This document shows, in pieces, positions 53,704 to 63,338 of a stretch of 64,000 nucleotides of DNA. Each line of letters begins with the position of its first letter. The first letter of the stretch is position 1. Origin of the DNA: a bacterium (GTDB lineage Bacteria > Zhuqueibacterota > Zhuqueibacteria > Residuimicrobiales > Krinioviventaceae); contig CAXXMD010000002.1 in assembly GCA_963675755.2 (NCBI GenBank), positions 800,001 to 864,000 of the forward strand. The letters run 5' to 3'. A program made the position numbers and the translations under genes. Under the pieces are notes generated by a model. It saw nothing but the letters and a program-made list of their open reading frames with translations, searched no databases and was not told where the DNA came from.

Positions 53704-55881
53704 ATGAAAAATACAAAAATTTCAAGCAAAATATTTATTATCACTGTTATATTTGCAGTGGGTATGTTTATAGGTTCATTATTAAACAATTCAAATGCAC
53801 CAAAACAATCAGAACAAACCGTATCAGCAACAGTTTGGACTTGTTCTATGCATCCACAAATCAGACAACCCGAGCCAGGACAATGTCCGATTTGTGCCAT
53901 GGATCTAATTCCGGCAACTAGTGATAACACAAATTCAGACAATACTATACCGGAATTAAAGCTTGGTAAAGCAGCAATAGCTCTTGCAGATATAGAAACA
54001 TATGAGGTTACTCGAGGTTTACCGAAAAAAAACATGCGTCTTTACGGATCAATAGTTATTGACGAGACACAAAAAGGCAATATTACTGCATGGTTTCCGG
54101 GTAGAATTGAAAAACAATATATAAATTATCAGGGAGCAACGATCCAAAAAGGTGACCCCCTTGTCAAGATTTATAGTCCTGAATTATTTACTGCACAAAA
54201 AGAATACCTGGCAACGTTGAACAGCCCCAATTCCATGGTTTCCGCAGAATCTGCTGCCAAAAAACTCGAGTTATTGGGATTAACCCATGAGCAGATAAAT
54301 GAGATCAAAGAAAATAACCATGCTATGGAACATATTACAATCAAATCTCCGGTAAACGGCATTGTACTCTATATTAACAGTCGTGAAGGTAATTATGTTA
54401 AAACAGGGAGTACAATTTATGAAATTGCAGGTCTGGATCAGCTTTGGATCGAGTTGGAAGCATTTGAATCAGAAATATCCTGGATAAATAAAGGCTCACA
54501 GTTAACATATAGTTTGGATTCAAAGCCAGGTCAAGAATATCATGCATCTATTGATTTTATTGAACCTGTTATGAAAAACGGAACACGTACATCCGTTATC
54601 AGATCTACAATCAATAATAAAAAGGGTGAATTAAAACCGGGTATGTATGTGACAGGTGAAATCAATACAGCATCATCAAAAGCGAACGCCAATGAACTTT
54701 TAATTCCGGCCTCTGCCCCACTTTTAACCGGAAAAAGAGCAATTGTATACATTCAAGACAAGCAAGATAAAGGTACATTTTATGGCAGAGAAGTTAAACT
54801 GGGCAGCCTGGCAAATGATATGTATGTTGTAAAATCCGGTTTAAATGCAGGTGATAATGTTGTAACAAAAGGAAATTTCAAAATTGACAGTGCACTTCAA
54901 TTAATGGGCAAAACAAGTATGATGTCTGCTTCAATGATTGGCAATATGACTATGGAACATCAACACAAGGAAACCGATCATCAGACAGAGCATTCAATGA
55001 ATTCAAAAACCATGAATGTAAAATTGCCATCAATGGATTCTAAACAGATAAAAGATTTGTACAGTAACTATTTTGAATTGCAAAAAAATCTGAGCCTTGA
55101 TAATTTGGCAAAAAGTAAAACCAGTGCAAAACATATTTTAAATGGTTTAAAAACAATTAATAGTAAAAACAATGCATTAGAAAAAATTGAGAATGCTTCA
55201 CAGGAAATAGACAAATCAGAGTCAATACAACAAGCAAGAAAATCTTTTCACACAATTTCCAATGTTATGATTGAATTGGCAAACCAAAAAGTGATGCCGG
55301 AAAACAGCAATGTTTACAAAGTTCATTGCCCCATGGCTTTTGATAATACTGGAGCAGACTGGTTACAAACCCATAAAGAAGTTGAGAATCCATATTTTGG
55401 GTCACAGATGTATCATTGTGGCAGTGTGGAAGCAACCCTTCAAGAATCTGCAAAAAATAATATTGATGTAGAAAACATTTATTCATCATATTTTGATTTA
55501 CAAAAAGCGTTAAGCAAAGATGATCTCAAAAATGCCCAAAGTGTATCAGCAAAATTGGTTAAAATGTTGCCGAAAATAACGAGCGGTTCTTTTGAATCCA
55601 TCAAAGCATCAGCAGTTTCAATCAGCATTTCTGAATCAATTGATGAAGCAAGAACCAAGTTTCAGCCGCTTTCAAATGCAATGATAGATTTGGCAAAAGA
55701 AAACAAAACACCAGCGAATTCAAGCCTGTATATTGTTCACTGCCCCATGGCATTCAATAATACCGGCGCGGATTGGTTACAGACTCACAAAGATGTTGAA
55801 AATCCATATTTTGGTTCACAAATGTATCGTTGTGGAAGTGTTACTGGAACATTAAAAGAAAATGACAAAGGAGAGCAATAA
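53704..55881 (+). CDS. cusB: CusB-like RND periplasmic adaptor with an N-terminal heavy-metal-binding domain and two DUF3347-like C-terminal repeats
   Basis: WTCSMHPQIRQPEPGQCPICAMDL; GRIEK...KGDPL.KIYSPEL; LKPGMY; duplicated HCPMAF.NTGADWLQTHK.VENPYFGSQMY.CGSV. Confidence 0.85.
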   Translation: MKNTKISSKIFIITVIFAVGMFIGSLLNNSNAPKQSEQTVSATVWTCSMHPQIRQPEPGQCPICAMDLIPATSDNTNSDNTIPELKLGKAAIALADIETYEVTRGLPKKNMRLYGSIVIDETQKGNITAWFPGRIEKQYINYQGATIQKGDPLVKIYSPELFTAQKEYLATLNSPNSMVSAESAAKKLELLGLTHEQINEIKENNHAMEHITIKSPVNGIVLYINSREGNYVKTGSTIYEIAGLDQLWIELEAFESEISWINKGSQLTYSLDSKPGQEYHASIDFIEPVMKNGTRTSVIRSTINNKKGELKPGMYVTGEINTASSKANANELLIPASAPLLTGKRAIVYIQDKQDKGTFYGREVKLGSLANDMYVVKSGLNAGDNVVTKGNFKIDSALQLMGKTSMMSASMIGNMTMEHQHKETDHQTEHSMNSKTMNVKLPSMDSKQIKDLYSNYFELQKNLSLDNLAKSKTSAKHILNGLKTINSKNNALEKIENASQEIDKSESIQQARKSFHTISNVMIELANQKVMPENSNVYKVHCPMAFDNTGADWLQTHKEVENPYFGSQMYHCGSVEATLQESAKNNIDVENIYSSYFDLQKALSKDDLKNAQSVSAKLVKMLPKITSGSFESIKASAVSISISESIDEARTKFQPLSNAMIDLAKENKTPANSSLYIVHCPMAFNNTGADWLQTHKDVENPYFGSQMYRCGSVTGTLKENDKGEQ

Positions 55882-58800
55882 TGGAGGAAACCAGAGATAA
55901 AAAGAATCTAACAGATTCCATTATTTATTTTCTTTTAAACAACAAGATTGTTGTTGTAATGGTATTGATACTGGTTCTTGTTTGGGGAATTCTGGTAGCT
56001 CCTTTTGACTGGCCATTTTTTCGTGAATTACGATCTCCTGTTCCGGTAGACGCAATACCGGATATTGGAGAAAATCAACAAATCGTATTTACAAAATGGC
56101 CGGGGCGTTCTCCGCAGGATGTTGAAGACCAGGTTTCTTATCCATTAACAGTATCATTGTTAGGAATTCCAAGTGTAAAAAGTGTTCGCAGCTTTTCAAT
56201 GATGGGCTTTTCTTCAATCTATATTATCTTTAATGAGGATGTAGATTTTTACTGGTCTCGTTCAAGGATATTGGAGAAATTAAACAGTCTTTCACCAGGT
56301 ACACTTCCTGATGATGCGAATCCTGTTCTGGGTCCCGATGCTACAGCATTGGGACAGGTTTTCTGGTATACACTTGAAGGACGTGATGAAAATGGCAATC
56401 CTGCAGGAGGCTGGGACCTGCAGGAACTTCGTTCTATTCAGGATTTTCAGGTCAAATATGCATTGATGGGTGTCAGTGGTGTCAGCGAAGTCGCTTCAAT
56501 TGGTGGTTTTGTTCAGGAATACCAGGTGGATGTTGATCCTAATGCTTTACGGGCATACAATATAACGCTTGAACAGGTCATTAATGCTGTGAGAAATACA
56601 AACCGGGATGTCAGTGCAAAAACCATTGAAGTTAATAGTGTTGAATATGTCATTCGTGGTATTGGATTTGTAAAAAACACAAATGACATTAAAAAAACAG
56701 TTATCAAATCAAATGGTGACACACCAGTATTTGTTGAAAATGTTGCACATGTTACTCTGGGTCCCGCATTGCGGCGAGGAGCATTGGATAAACAAGGAGC
56801 TGAAGCGGTTGGCGGTGTAATAGTCGTACGATATGGCGATAAACCAATGCAAGTAATTCAGCATGTCAAAGAAAAGATTTCGGAAATTGCTCCCGGTTTA
56901 CCTCAAAAGACATTATCCGATGGGACACAGAGTAAGGTTACAATTGTTCCATTTTATGATCGGACCGGATTAATTAAAGAAACATTGGGTACGTTGGAAT
57001 CAGCACTTTTACAACAAATTTTAATTACCATTATTGTTGTAATATTGATGATCATGCATTTCAAGAGCTCGGTATTAATTTCTGGTCTGCTCCCTATTGC
57101 CGTTATCATGACCTTTATTATTATGAAGTTATTTCATGTTGATGCAAACATTGTTGCACTATCGGGTATTGCAATAGCAATAGGTACAATGGTTGATATG
57201 GGAATTGTAGTTACCGAGAATATTGTGAAACATCTGGATGAAAGAAACAATCTTTCATCCCTGATGAAAATTTATAATGCAACAAAAGAAGTTAGTGGTG
57301 CGGTCTTTACTGCAGTAATGACAACTATAATTAGTTTTTTGCCAATCTTTACTTTAGAAGCAGCAGAAGGTAAATTGTTTAAACCTTTGGCTTTTACAAA
57401 AACATTTGCACTTGCTGCATCTTTGGTTGTTGCATTATTTGTAATTCCTCCTTTTGCACATTTATTTTTCAAGAACAAGAGCAAAAAGAGTGTAATTCAT
57501 ACGTTTATTTATGGTCTTTTCGTACTGGTTGGAATTGTTGTTACCGTTAAAACAAGTATAATCGGTGGTCTTGCAATCCTTATTCTTGCCATGGCAGGTG
57601 GCATAAAACCTTACCTGAAAATCGACAATAACATAGTAGATAAATATACAAACTATGGTGTAATATTTTTTGTTTTAATATTTTTAACATCAAGCTGGCT
57701 TCCACTTGGGAACGATAAAGGTATTATACTAAACCTGGTTTTTGTAGGTTTAATAGTTGCACTTTTTATTTTCTTTTTCACATATTTTATAAAACTTTAT
57801 CCAGCGATATTAAGATGGGCTTTGGATAACAAAATTAAATTTTTAACAATACCTGTCATTGTATTATTCTGGGGATTACTGGTCTGGCAGGGCTTTTTTA
57901 AAATTTTCGGCTGGCTGCCTCAACCGGTTCTTACATTCAAGCCAGTTTCCGTATTTGCGCATGCTTTTCCGGGACTAGGAAAAGAATTTATGCCGCCACT
58001 TGATGAAGGTGCATATCTGTTCATGCCAACCACTATGCCGCATGCTTCAATTGGTGAAGTAATGGATATCATGCGCAAACAGGATATGTCAATAAACAGT
58101 TTACCAGAAATCAAATCCGCTGTGGGTAAACTCGGTCGTGTTGAATCTCCTCTTGATCCTGCACCGGTTTCCATGATAGAGACGATTATAGATTATCATA
58201 ATGAATTTATTACAGATGATAATGGCAAGATCCTGAAATTCAAATATGACGCGGATTCAGTGGGTTATGCAGTTGACAAAAACAACCATCAGGTTAATGC
58301 TAATGATGGAATGCCTTACAAGGTAAAAGGTATACATTTACGAGATGATAACGGTCAACTCGTCCCTGACAGATTTGGTAAACCGTTTCGTATATGGCGT
58401 CGTCCCCTTGAAACAGAGTTAAATCCGGATCGAAACGCCTGGGCAGGTATTCAAAATCCGGACGACATTTGGGATGCTATTGTTAAAACAGCGGAAATTC
58501 CTGGCGTTACGTCTGCACCCAAATTACAACCTATCAGCGCCAGAATTGTCATGCTGCAAAGCGGAATGCGTGCGCCAATGGGTATAAAAGTCAAAGGACC
58601 GGATCTTGAAACTATTGAACAGTTTTCCCTCGAGTTGGAAAAATTACTCAAAACAATACCTGTTATTCGCAAAGAAACAGTTCAGGCAGACAGGATTGTA
58701 GGCAAACCCTATCTTGAAATAGAGATAGACCGGGAAAAAATTGCACGTTACGGGATACATATAGAAACCGTGCAAAATATAATTGAAACGGCAATTGGTG

Positions 58801-59738
58801 GTAAAACTATCAGCATGACTGTGGAAGGCAGAGAACGTTATCCGATAAGAGTGAGATACATGCGTGAACTGCGGGACAACATTGAAGCTATTGAGAACGT
58901 GCTGGTATCATCACCATCGGGTGAACAAATCCCATTGAAACAACTGTCAGAAATTCAATACAGACGCGGTCCACAGATGATCAAAAGTGAAGATACATTT
59001 CTGACCGGGTACGTTATTTTTGACAAGATCAAAGATGTAGCCGAAGTAGATGTTGTGGAACAGGCCAAATTATTCATAGAAACCAAAATAAAAAATGGTG
59101 AACTTGTAGTTCCTCACGGTGTCAGTTATACGTTTGCGGGCCAATACCAAAACCAGATCAGGGCCCAAAAACGACTCGCACTCATTTTACCCTTGTCACT
59201 ATTTGTTATATTTATGATTCTGTATTTTAAATTCAGATCCATACCTATATCGCTTTTAATATTCAGCAGCATTGCAGTTGCATGGGCAGGTGGATTTATA
59301 CTCATATGGTTGTACGGACAAAGCTGGTTTCTGAATATTCCATTGATTGGAAATGGCTTACGTGATATATTTAACATCCATCCGGTAAATATGAGTGTGG
59401 CCATTTGGGTTGGTTTCCTTGCATTGTTTGGCATTGCATCTGATGATGGAGTTATCATTGCCAGTTATTTGCAACAGCAGAATGAAAAGAATAAACCGGG
59501 AACAGTTAAAGAAATCAGAGAATCAGCAATGCAAGCAGGATTAAAAAGAGTACGTCCCTGTATGATGACTACAGCAACAACAGTATTGGCATTGTTGCCT
59601 GTATTGTCTTCCAGCGGAAGAGGTTCAGATATTATGGTGCCAATGGCAATACCGGTATTTGGAGGTATGCTGGTTGTTATGATATCTATGTTTATTGTAC
59701 CTGTACTTTTTGCATGGCTGGAAGAAAGAAATCTTTGA
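55881..59738 (+). CDS. cusA: CusA/CzcA-family heavy-metal efflux RND permease
   Basis: VDAIPDIGENQQIV, LGPDATALG, GIAIAIGTMVD, EGKLFKPLAFTKT, EFMPPLDEG, DPAPVSMIET, RVRPCMMT, MAIPVFGG. Confidence 0.93.
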   Translation: MEETRDKKNLTDSIIYFLLNNKIVVVMVLILVLVWGILVAPFDWPFFRELRSPVPVDAIPDIGENQQIVFTKWPGRSPQDVEDQVSYPLTVSLLGIPSVKSVRSFSMMGFSSIYIIFNEDVDFYWSRSRILEKLNSLSPGTLPDDANPVLGPDATALGQVFWYTLEGRDENGNPAGGWDLQELRSIQDFQVKYALMGVSGVSEVASIGGFVQEYQVDVDPNALRAYNITLEQVINAVRNTNRDVSAKTIEVNSVEYVIRGIGFVKNTNDIKKTVIKSNGDTPVFVENVAHVTLGPALRRGALDKQGAEAVGGVIVVRYGDKPMQVIQHVKEKISEIAPGLPQKTLSDGTQSKVTIVPFYDRTGLIKETLGTLESALLQQILITIIVVILMIMHFKSSVLISGLLPIAVIMTFIIMKLFHVDANIVALSGIAIAIGTMVDMGIVVTENIVKHLDERNNLSSLMKIYNATKEVSGAVFTAVMTTIISFLPIFTLEAAEGKLFKPLAFTKTFALAASLVVALFVIPPFAHLFFKNKSKKSVIHTFIYGLFVLVGIVVTVKTSIIGGLAILILAMAGGIKPYLKIDNNIVDKYTNYGVIFFVLIFLTSSWLPLGNDKGIILNLVFVGLIVALFIFFFTYFIKLYPAILRWALDNKIKFLTIPVIVLFWGLLVWQGFFKIFGWLPQPVLTFKPVSVFAHAFPGLGKEFMPPLDEGAYLFMPTTMPHASIGEVMDIMRKQDMSINSLPEIKSAVGKLGRVESPLDPAPVSMIETIIDYHNEFITDDNGKILKFKYDADSVGYAVDKNNHQVNANDGMPYKVKGIHLRDDNGQLVPDRFGKPFRIWRRPLETELNPDRNAWAGIQNPDDIWDAIVKTAEIPGVTSAPKLQPISARIVMLQSGMRAPMGIKVKGPDLETIEQFSLELEKLLKTIPVIRKETVQADRIVGKPYLEIEIDREKIARYGIHIETVQNIIETAIGGKTISMTVEGRERYPIRVRYMRELRDNIEAIENVLVSSPSGEQIPLKQLSEIQYRRGPQMIKSEDTFLTGYVIFDKIKDVAEVDVVEQAKLFIETKIKNGELVVPHGVSYTFAGQYQNQIRAQKRLALILPLSLFVIFMILYFKFRSIPISLLIFSSIAVAWAGGFILIWLYGQSWFLNIPLIGNGLRDIFNIHPVNMSVAIWVGFLALFGIASDDGVIIASYLQQQNEKNKPGTVKEIRESAMQAGLKRVRPCMMTTATTVLALLPVLSSSGRGSDIMVPMAIPVFGGMLVVMISMFIVPVLFAWLEERNL

Positions 59739-59776
59739 AAAAAAAAGCGCCAATATTAAATATTGGCGCTTTTTTT
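59738..59776. terminator. Bidirectional intrinsic terminator
   Basis: A-run, gcgccaatatt-a-aatattggcgc, T-run, between convergent genes. Confidence 0.85.
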
Positions 59777-60335
59777 AATTGGAATAATTATAATAATACT
59801 CGCCCATGTATACAGTAGCAGTTTCCCCTTCTTTTGCAATAACATCGCTTTCATATATTGTTTGAATTTCACCGTGTCCAATAATTCCTAAAAATATATA
59901 ATTCAAACCAATCACTCCCGCAACAACTCCCTTTGCCTGAGTTTCTTCAAGTGTTAAATTGCTGTTTGCAACAACACGAAAATGATCTTTGAACAATTTT
60001 TCATATTCTCCCCATTGGTCAAATTCCGATGGCCAGTTTCGTTGCGCTTCCTTGTAATCCTGATAATCCTGAGAGTTGAAATATTGCATAGAAGAATCAT
60101 ATATTGAAAAATCAAGGATCATGACTTTGACTTCTTCAACAGATTCAGTTTTTAAGAGGTTTTCAATATTTTCATTGATGCCTGATTCCGGGGATAAAAT
60201 TAACCGGGGTAATTTACTGTTATCCGAACTGGTAAATTCAAATACGAATTGAGTAGTATCGTCAGGAGAATTGGGCTGTTCATTACATGATAATAATATT
60301 GCCAGTGCAAAAATTATAAATAAACAATTTTTCAT
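59775..60335 (-). CDS. Hypothetical lipoprotein
   Basis: MKNCLFIIFALAILLSC lipobox; ATG 60335 after GGAGG (the track start at 60380 overlaps the upstream gene). Confidence 0.7.
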   Translation of the reverse strand: MKNCLFIIFALAILLSCNEQPNSPDDTTQFVFEFTSSDNSKLPRLILSPESGINENIENLLKTESVEEVKVMILDFSIYDSSMQYFNSQDYQDYKEAQRNWPSEFDQWGEYEKLFKDHFRVVANSNLTLEETQAKGVVAGVIGLNYIFLGIIGHGEIQTIYESDVIAKEGETATVYMGEYYYNYSN

Positions 60336-60351
60336 ATATCCTCCAATATTA

Positions 60352-61464
60352 TTATTGGAAATAATAGCGTATACCGCCATTAAGTTTTATACCGGTTAAA
60401 CCTGTGCTTTCATCAGTGTTTTTTATATTACCAAAATAAAACCTGGCGCCACCATCAAAAACAAGATTCGTTCCTAATGGACGTTGATAACCGCCTCCAA
60501 ATCCAAACAAAGTTGCTCCTCCAGTGTCCCATTCGTTATTGCCATACAATTTCACATCAAACAAGGCAGAATATCGAACATTGTTTTTAGGTGGAAATAA
60601 CAATTGTCCCATTATTTCAAATTCATTTCCGTTGCTGTTTTTACGTTCTTCTTTAAATACATCTCCAACACCGGTTTTATTTTTGCCTTTAATTTTTTCT
60701 CGTATAAAGAGTATCATATCAAAAGAATTCATTGGAGCCCTTAATGTTCCCTGCAACATGAATCGATTGCCACTTTTAAATATATCTTCATCATTACCCT
60801 GATCACTGCCATACAGGGTATAAACAAGATCAGCAGTAACTCGCATATCTCGGTTCATTAATGTAACATTTCGTTCAAGCCCACCTGTTAAGGTAAACTC
60901 GTTTCCTGGCTGATAATCGTATTCATAGTCAGCAAAGGGTTCAAAATTATCTTTCATCAAATAACTGACACCCGCACCTAAAACATATTCTCCAAATTCG
61001 TAAGCGGTTGCAATGCCGAGGTTAATGTCTCTTCCCTGACCAAGATATGGAACACGAAAATTCATTGCCTTGACAGACAAAGCGTTTGCAACATTATACT
61101 CTTCAACAGTTAACGCATTTTTACCGGATGGCAGAACCAATCCGAAGGTAAACAAGTAACGTTCATCTTGAGTTAGATAATGTCCGCGCAACCGGATATC
61201 AGACATACCATTCAAAGAATGACTGTCCCCGGAATTTAAAGAGGAAAACGCAGGAGAAGTAATAACATCAATCCTTGATCTGGGATTAATGGGATACACA
61301 AACGTTATGGGTAAAGCAAATTGAGTAATACGATCTGATTTGGCACTCCAGGTTTCAAAAGACAAACCCGCAATTGTATTCATTTGTCCCTGCAAGCGTG
61401 GTGTATATGATTGCCCAATAGCTATATTGAGAGCAACAAATAAAAGAATTAAAACCTTTTTCAT
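60352..61464 (-). CDS. Outer-membrane beta-barrel protein
   Basis: Signal peptide; alternating aromatic/hydrophobic strands; GMSDIRL...LPSGK...GQG motif; C-terminal GGIRYYFQ beta-signal. Confidence 0.7.
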   Translation of the reverse strand: MKKVLILLFVALNIAIGQSYTPRLQGQMNTIAGLSFETWSAKSDRITQFALPITFVYPINPRSRIDVITSPAFSSLNSGDSHSLNGMSDIRLRGHYLTQDERYLFTFGLVLPSGKNALTVEEYNVANALSVKAMNFRVPYLGQGRDINLGIATAYEFGEYVLGAGVSYLMKDNFEPFADYEYDYQPGNEFTLTGGLERNVTLMNRDMRVTADLVYTLYGSDQGNDEDIFKSGNRFMLQGTLRAPMNSFDMILFIREKIKGKNKTGVGDVFKEERKNSNGNEFEIMGQLLFPPKNNVRYSALFDVKLYGNNEWDTGGATLFGFGGGYQRPLGTNLVFDGGARFYFGNIKNTDESTGLTGIKLNGGIRYYFQ

Positions 61465-61486
61465 TTATCTAGTCTCCACATACAGG

Positions 61487-62974
61487 TTAATGGATAGGTA
61501 CAATAATTTCAATATTTGCAGTGTTGCCAAAAGTGGGTTGGTTTTGTTCCTGTACAGGTTCACGTGATTCCATTCCGGGGATAAAACCAATATCAATAAT
61601 AAGCTGAGTATTCTGCATACGATCAAGCAAAGTAGGTTCTTCCAGGCCTCCTGAATATTCAGCAGTACTTTCACCAACAACTGTTGCATCCATAGATATC
61701 TCACTTGCTGTGGATGGTGAACTGTCGGCAACAGAAACGGTCTCATCAGTTTCAGATGCTTCCTGGGTTGTTTCTACTGATTCAGTTGTGGCAACAGCAC
61801 TGGTTTCAGTAGTTTCTGTGGAAACATCCTGAAACTGGGCTTCTGCAACCTGTATGAGGTTTTCAATGGGGCTCAGAGGTACATTCATCTCCTGCATCAT
61901 GGATAATTGTTCCTGTGCCATATCAAATTCAGGATCTTGTTGCAGCGCTGTTTCTAATTCCTGCTCCGCCTGCTCATACATTCCCTGGTCACTGTAGTCT
62001 ATTGCTTTACAATAGGCCATAAATGCCAGCATACTCTCGGTAGGGACTTTACGTATATTATCAATCTCTTCCTGCGTTAGTTGTATACCCATTTTATCAA
62101 TAACACTGAAAACCAGGTTTTTCTCCAGTTTAAAGAAACCTTCCAGGTTTCCAATCACATCACGGGTATCAAAATCTCCGGTTCGGGTTTGCGTTATGCC
62201 GGCATCAATACGAAATTGTTCATCAGCAAGATCAATAAAAGCGCCGTTAACTATTTCAGAAGCACCCAGCAATTTCCCAACACGTGGAGCGGATTGCGCG
62301 TCAACCAGACCTGTTGTTCCGAACCCTATTTCCTCAAGTAGTTGCTGCATTTTTAAACGCTCAACAACCGTTAAAGCATTTGCCTTTGAAAGGTCTGTAA
62401 TCATCATTTCAGCAATCCCCTTTTGCAAGGGAGTTAAAGCAGAATCTGAGCCCATGTATTTAAAATAAACGACAGCAATGGTTTTATCTTTAATGTGTGT
62501 AGTATCAAGGTTTGCTTCGTTTTGAATGGTATTAGCAACATCTTGGCTAATCTGTTTTCGTGTAAGCTTTTCAAGACGCTTTTTCAAGTCGTCTCTGAGA
62601 GAAGAGTTGGAATCAACAATATTAAACTTGCGATACGCGTTAATTGCATTATCCAGATCATTGTTGATCTCATAAGCAGCACCAAGATAAAACAAAGATT
62701 TTCCATCGTCAGGTACCTGTATTAAAACCTGATTAAATGCATCTATTGATTTATCAAATTCAAGATTTTGAAAATAAGCAAGCCCCAGATCCCTTAAAAT
62801 AGCCGGATTGTCAGGATCTTCATCAAGAGCCGATTTTAAATAAGAAATAGCGTCAGTAAAATTATCTCTGCTTAATTCTTTTTGACCGAGTTGGTGATTA
62901 GATGAGGTTGTAGCACAACTTGATAAAAAAAGAGAAATTAAAATAAACCCAATGCCCCAAAAACGGAACTTCAT
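61487..62974 (-). CDS. TPR lipoprotein with a CsgG/TolB_N-like domain and a Thr/Glu/Ser-rich tail
   Basis: Lipobox FLSSC (ATG 62974); TPRs; TIAVVYF...LQKGIAEMMITDLS...VVERLKMQQLLEEI...APRVGKLLGASEIVNG. Confidence 0.78.
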   Translation of the reverse strand: MKFRFWGIGFILISLFLSSCATTSSNHQLGQKELSRDNFTDAISYLKSALDEDPDNPAILRDLGLAYFQNLEFDKSIDAFNQVLIQVPDDGKSLFYLGAAYEINNDLDNAINAYRKFNIVDSNSSLRDDLKKRLEKLTRKQISQDVANTIQNEANLDTTHIKDKTIAVVYFKYMGSDSALTPLQKGIAEMMITDLSKANALTVVERLKMQQLLEEIGFGTTGLVDAQSAPRVGKLLGASEIVNGAFIDLADEQFRIDAGITQTRTGDFDTRDVIGNLEGFFKLEKNLVFSVIDKMGIQLTQEEIDNIRKVPTESMLAFMAYCKAIDYSDQGMYEQAEQELETALQQDPEFDMAQEQLSMMQEMNVPLSPIENLIQVAEAQFQDVSTETTETSAVATTESVETTQEASETDETVSVADSSPSTASEISMDATVVGESTAEYSGGLEEPTLLDRMQNTQLIIDIGFIPGMESREPVQEQNQPTFGNTANIEIIVPIH

Positions 62975-63109
62975 ATACCCTCCATACAATATATGAATAA
63001 CATTCAAATTCGTAACAGAAATTTCTACTACTTTGTTCCGTTTTAGACTGGAAAAATTATAAAAATGAAAAAAAATATAAAGGGTTGGTAAAAAAAACAG
63101 GTGCCTGGA

Positions 63110-63289
63110 TTATTTTTTTACAACAATGACTTGTTTTCTGGCTCCGTTATTAATAATCAAAGCTGCAATGGTGCCGGGTACCCACCCACAAATCGTAAGT
63201 ATAGTTGTAATTAAAATACTGCCGCATCCCCTGTCAAGAACAGCCAGTGGAGGAAAAACAATACATAATAATACTCTGAAAAATCCCAT
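63110..63289 (-). CDS. YqaE/Pmp3-family small membrane protein (59 aa; below the ORF-track cutoff)
   Basis: Manual translation MGFFRVLLCIVFPPLAVLDRGCGSILITTILTICGWVPGTIAALIINNGARKQVIVVKK*; PPLAV and LT..GW.PG..A signatures; CAGGAG RBS. Confidence 0.85.
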   Translation of the reverse strand: MGFFRVLLCIVFPPLAVLDRGCGSILITTILTICGWVPGTIAALIINNGARKQVIVVKK

Positions 63290-63338
63290 TGAAAATTCTC
63301 CTGTTTAATTACAACAATAATACACATTTTTTTTAAAT

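Noticed and set aside
51780-59738. Cus-like cluster as a mobile metal-resistance island
   Set aside because: The 5' part looks AT-rich, but I found no integrase, transposase, tRNA or flanking direct repeats.
61660-61830. Low-complexity repeat-like DNA (gtttc/cagt-rich)
   Set aside because: Explained by the Thr/Glu/Ser-rich linker codons of the TPR lipoprotein; no exact tandem unit.
63126-63308. 60-aa plus-strand ORF
   Set aside because: Antisense shadow of the Pmp3-family gene; no RBS or motif.
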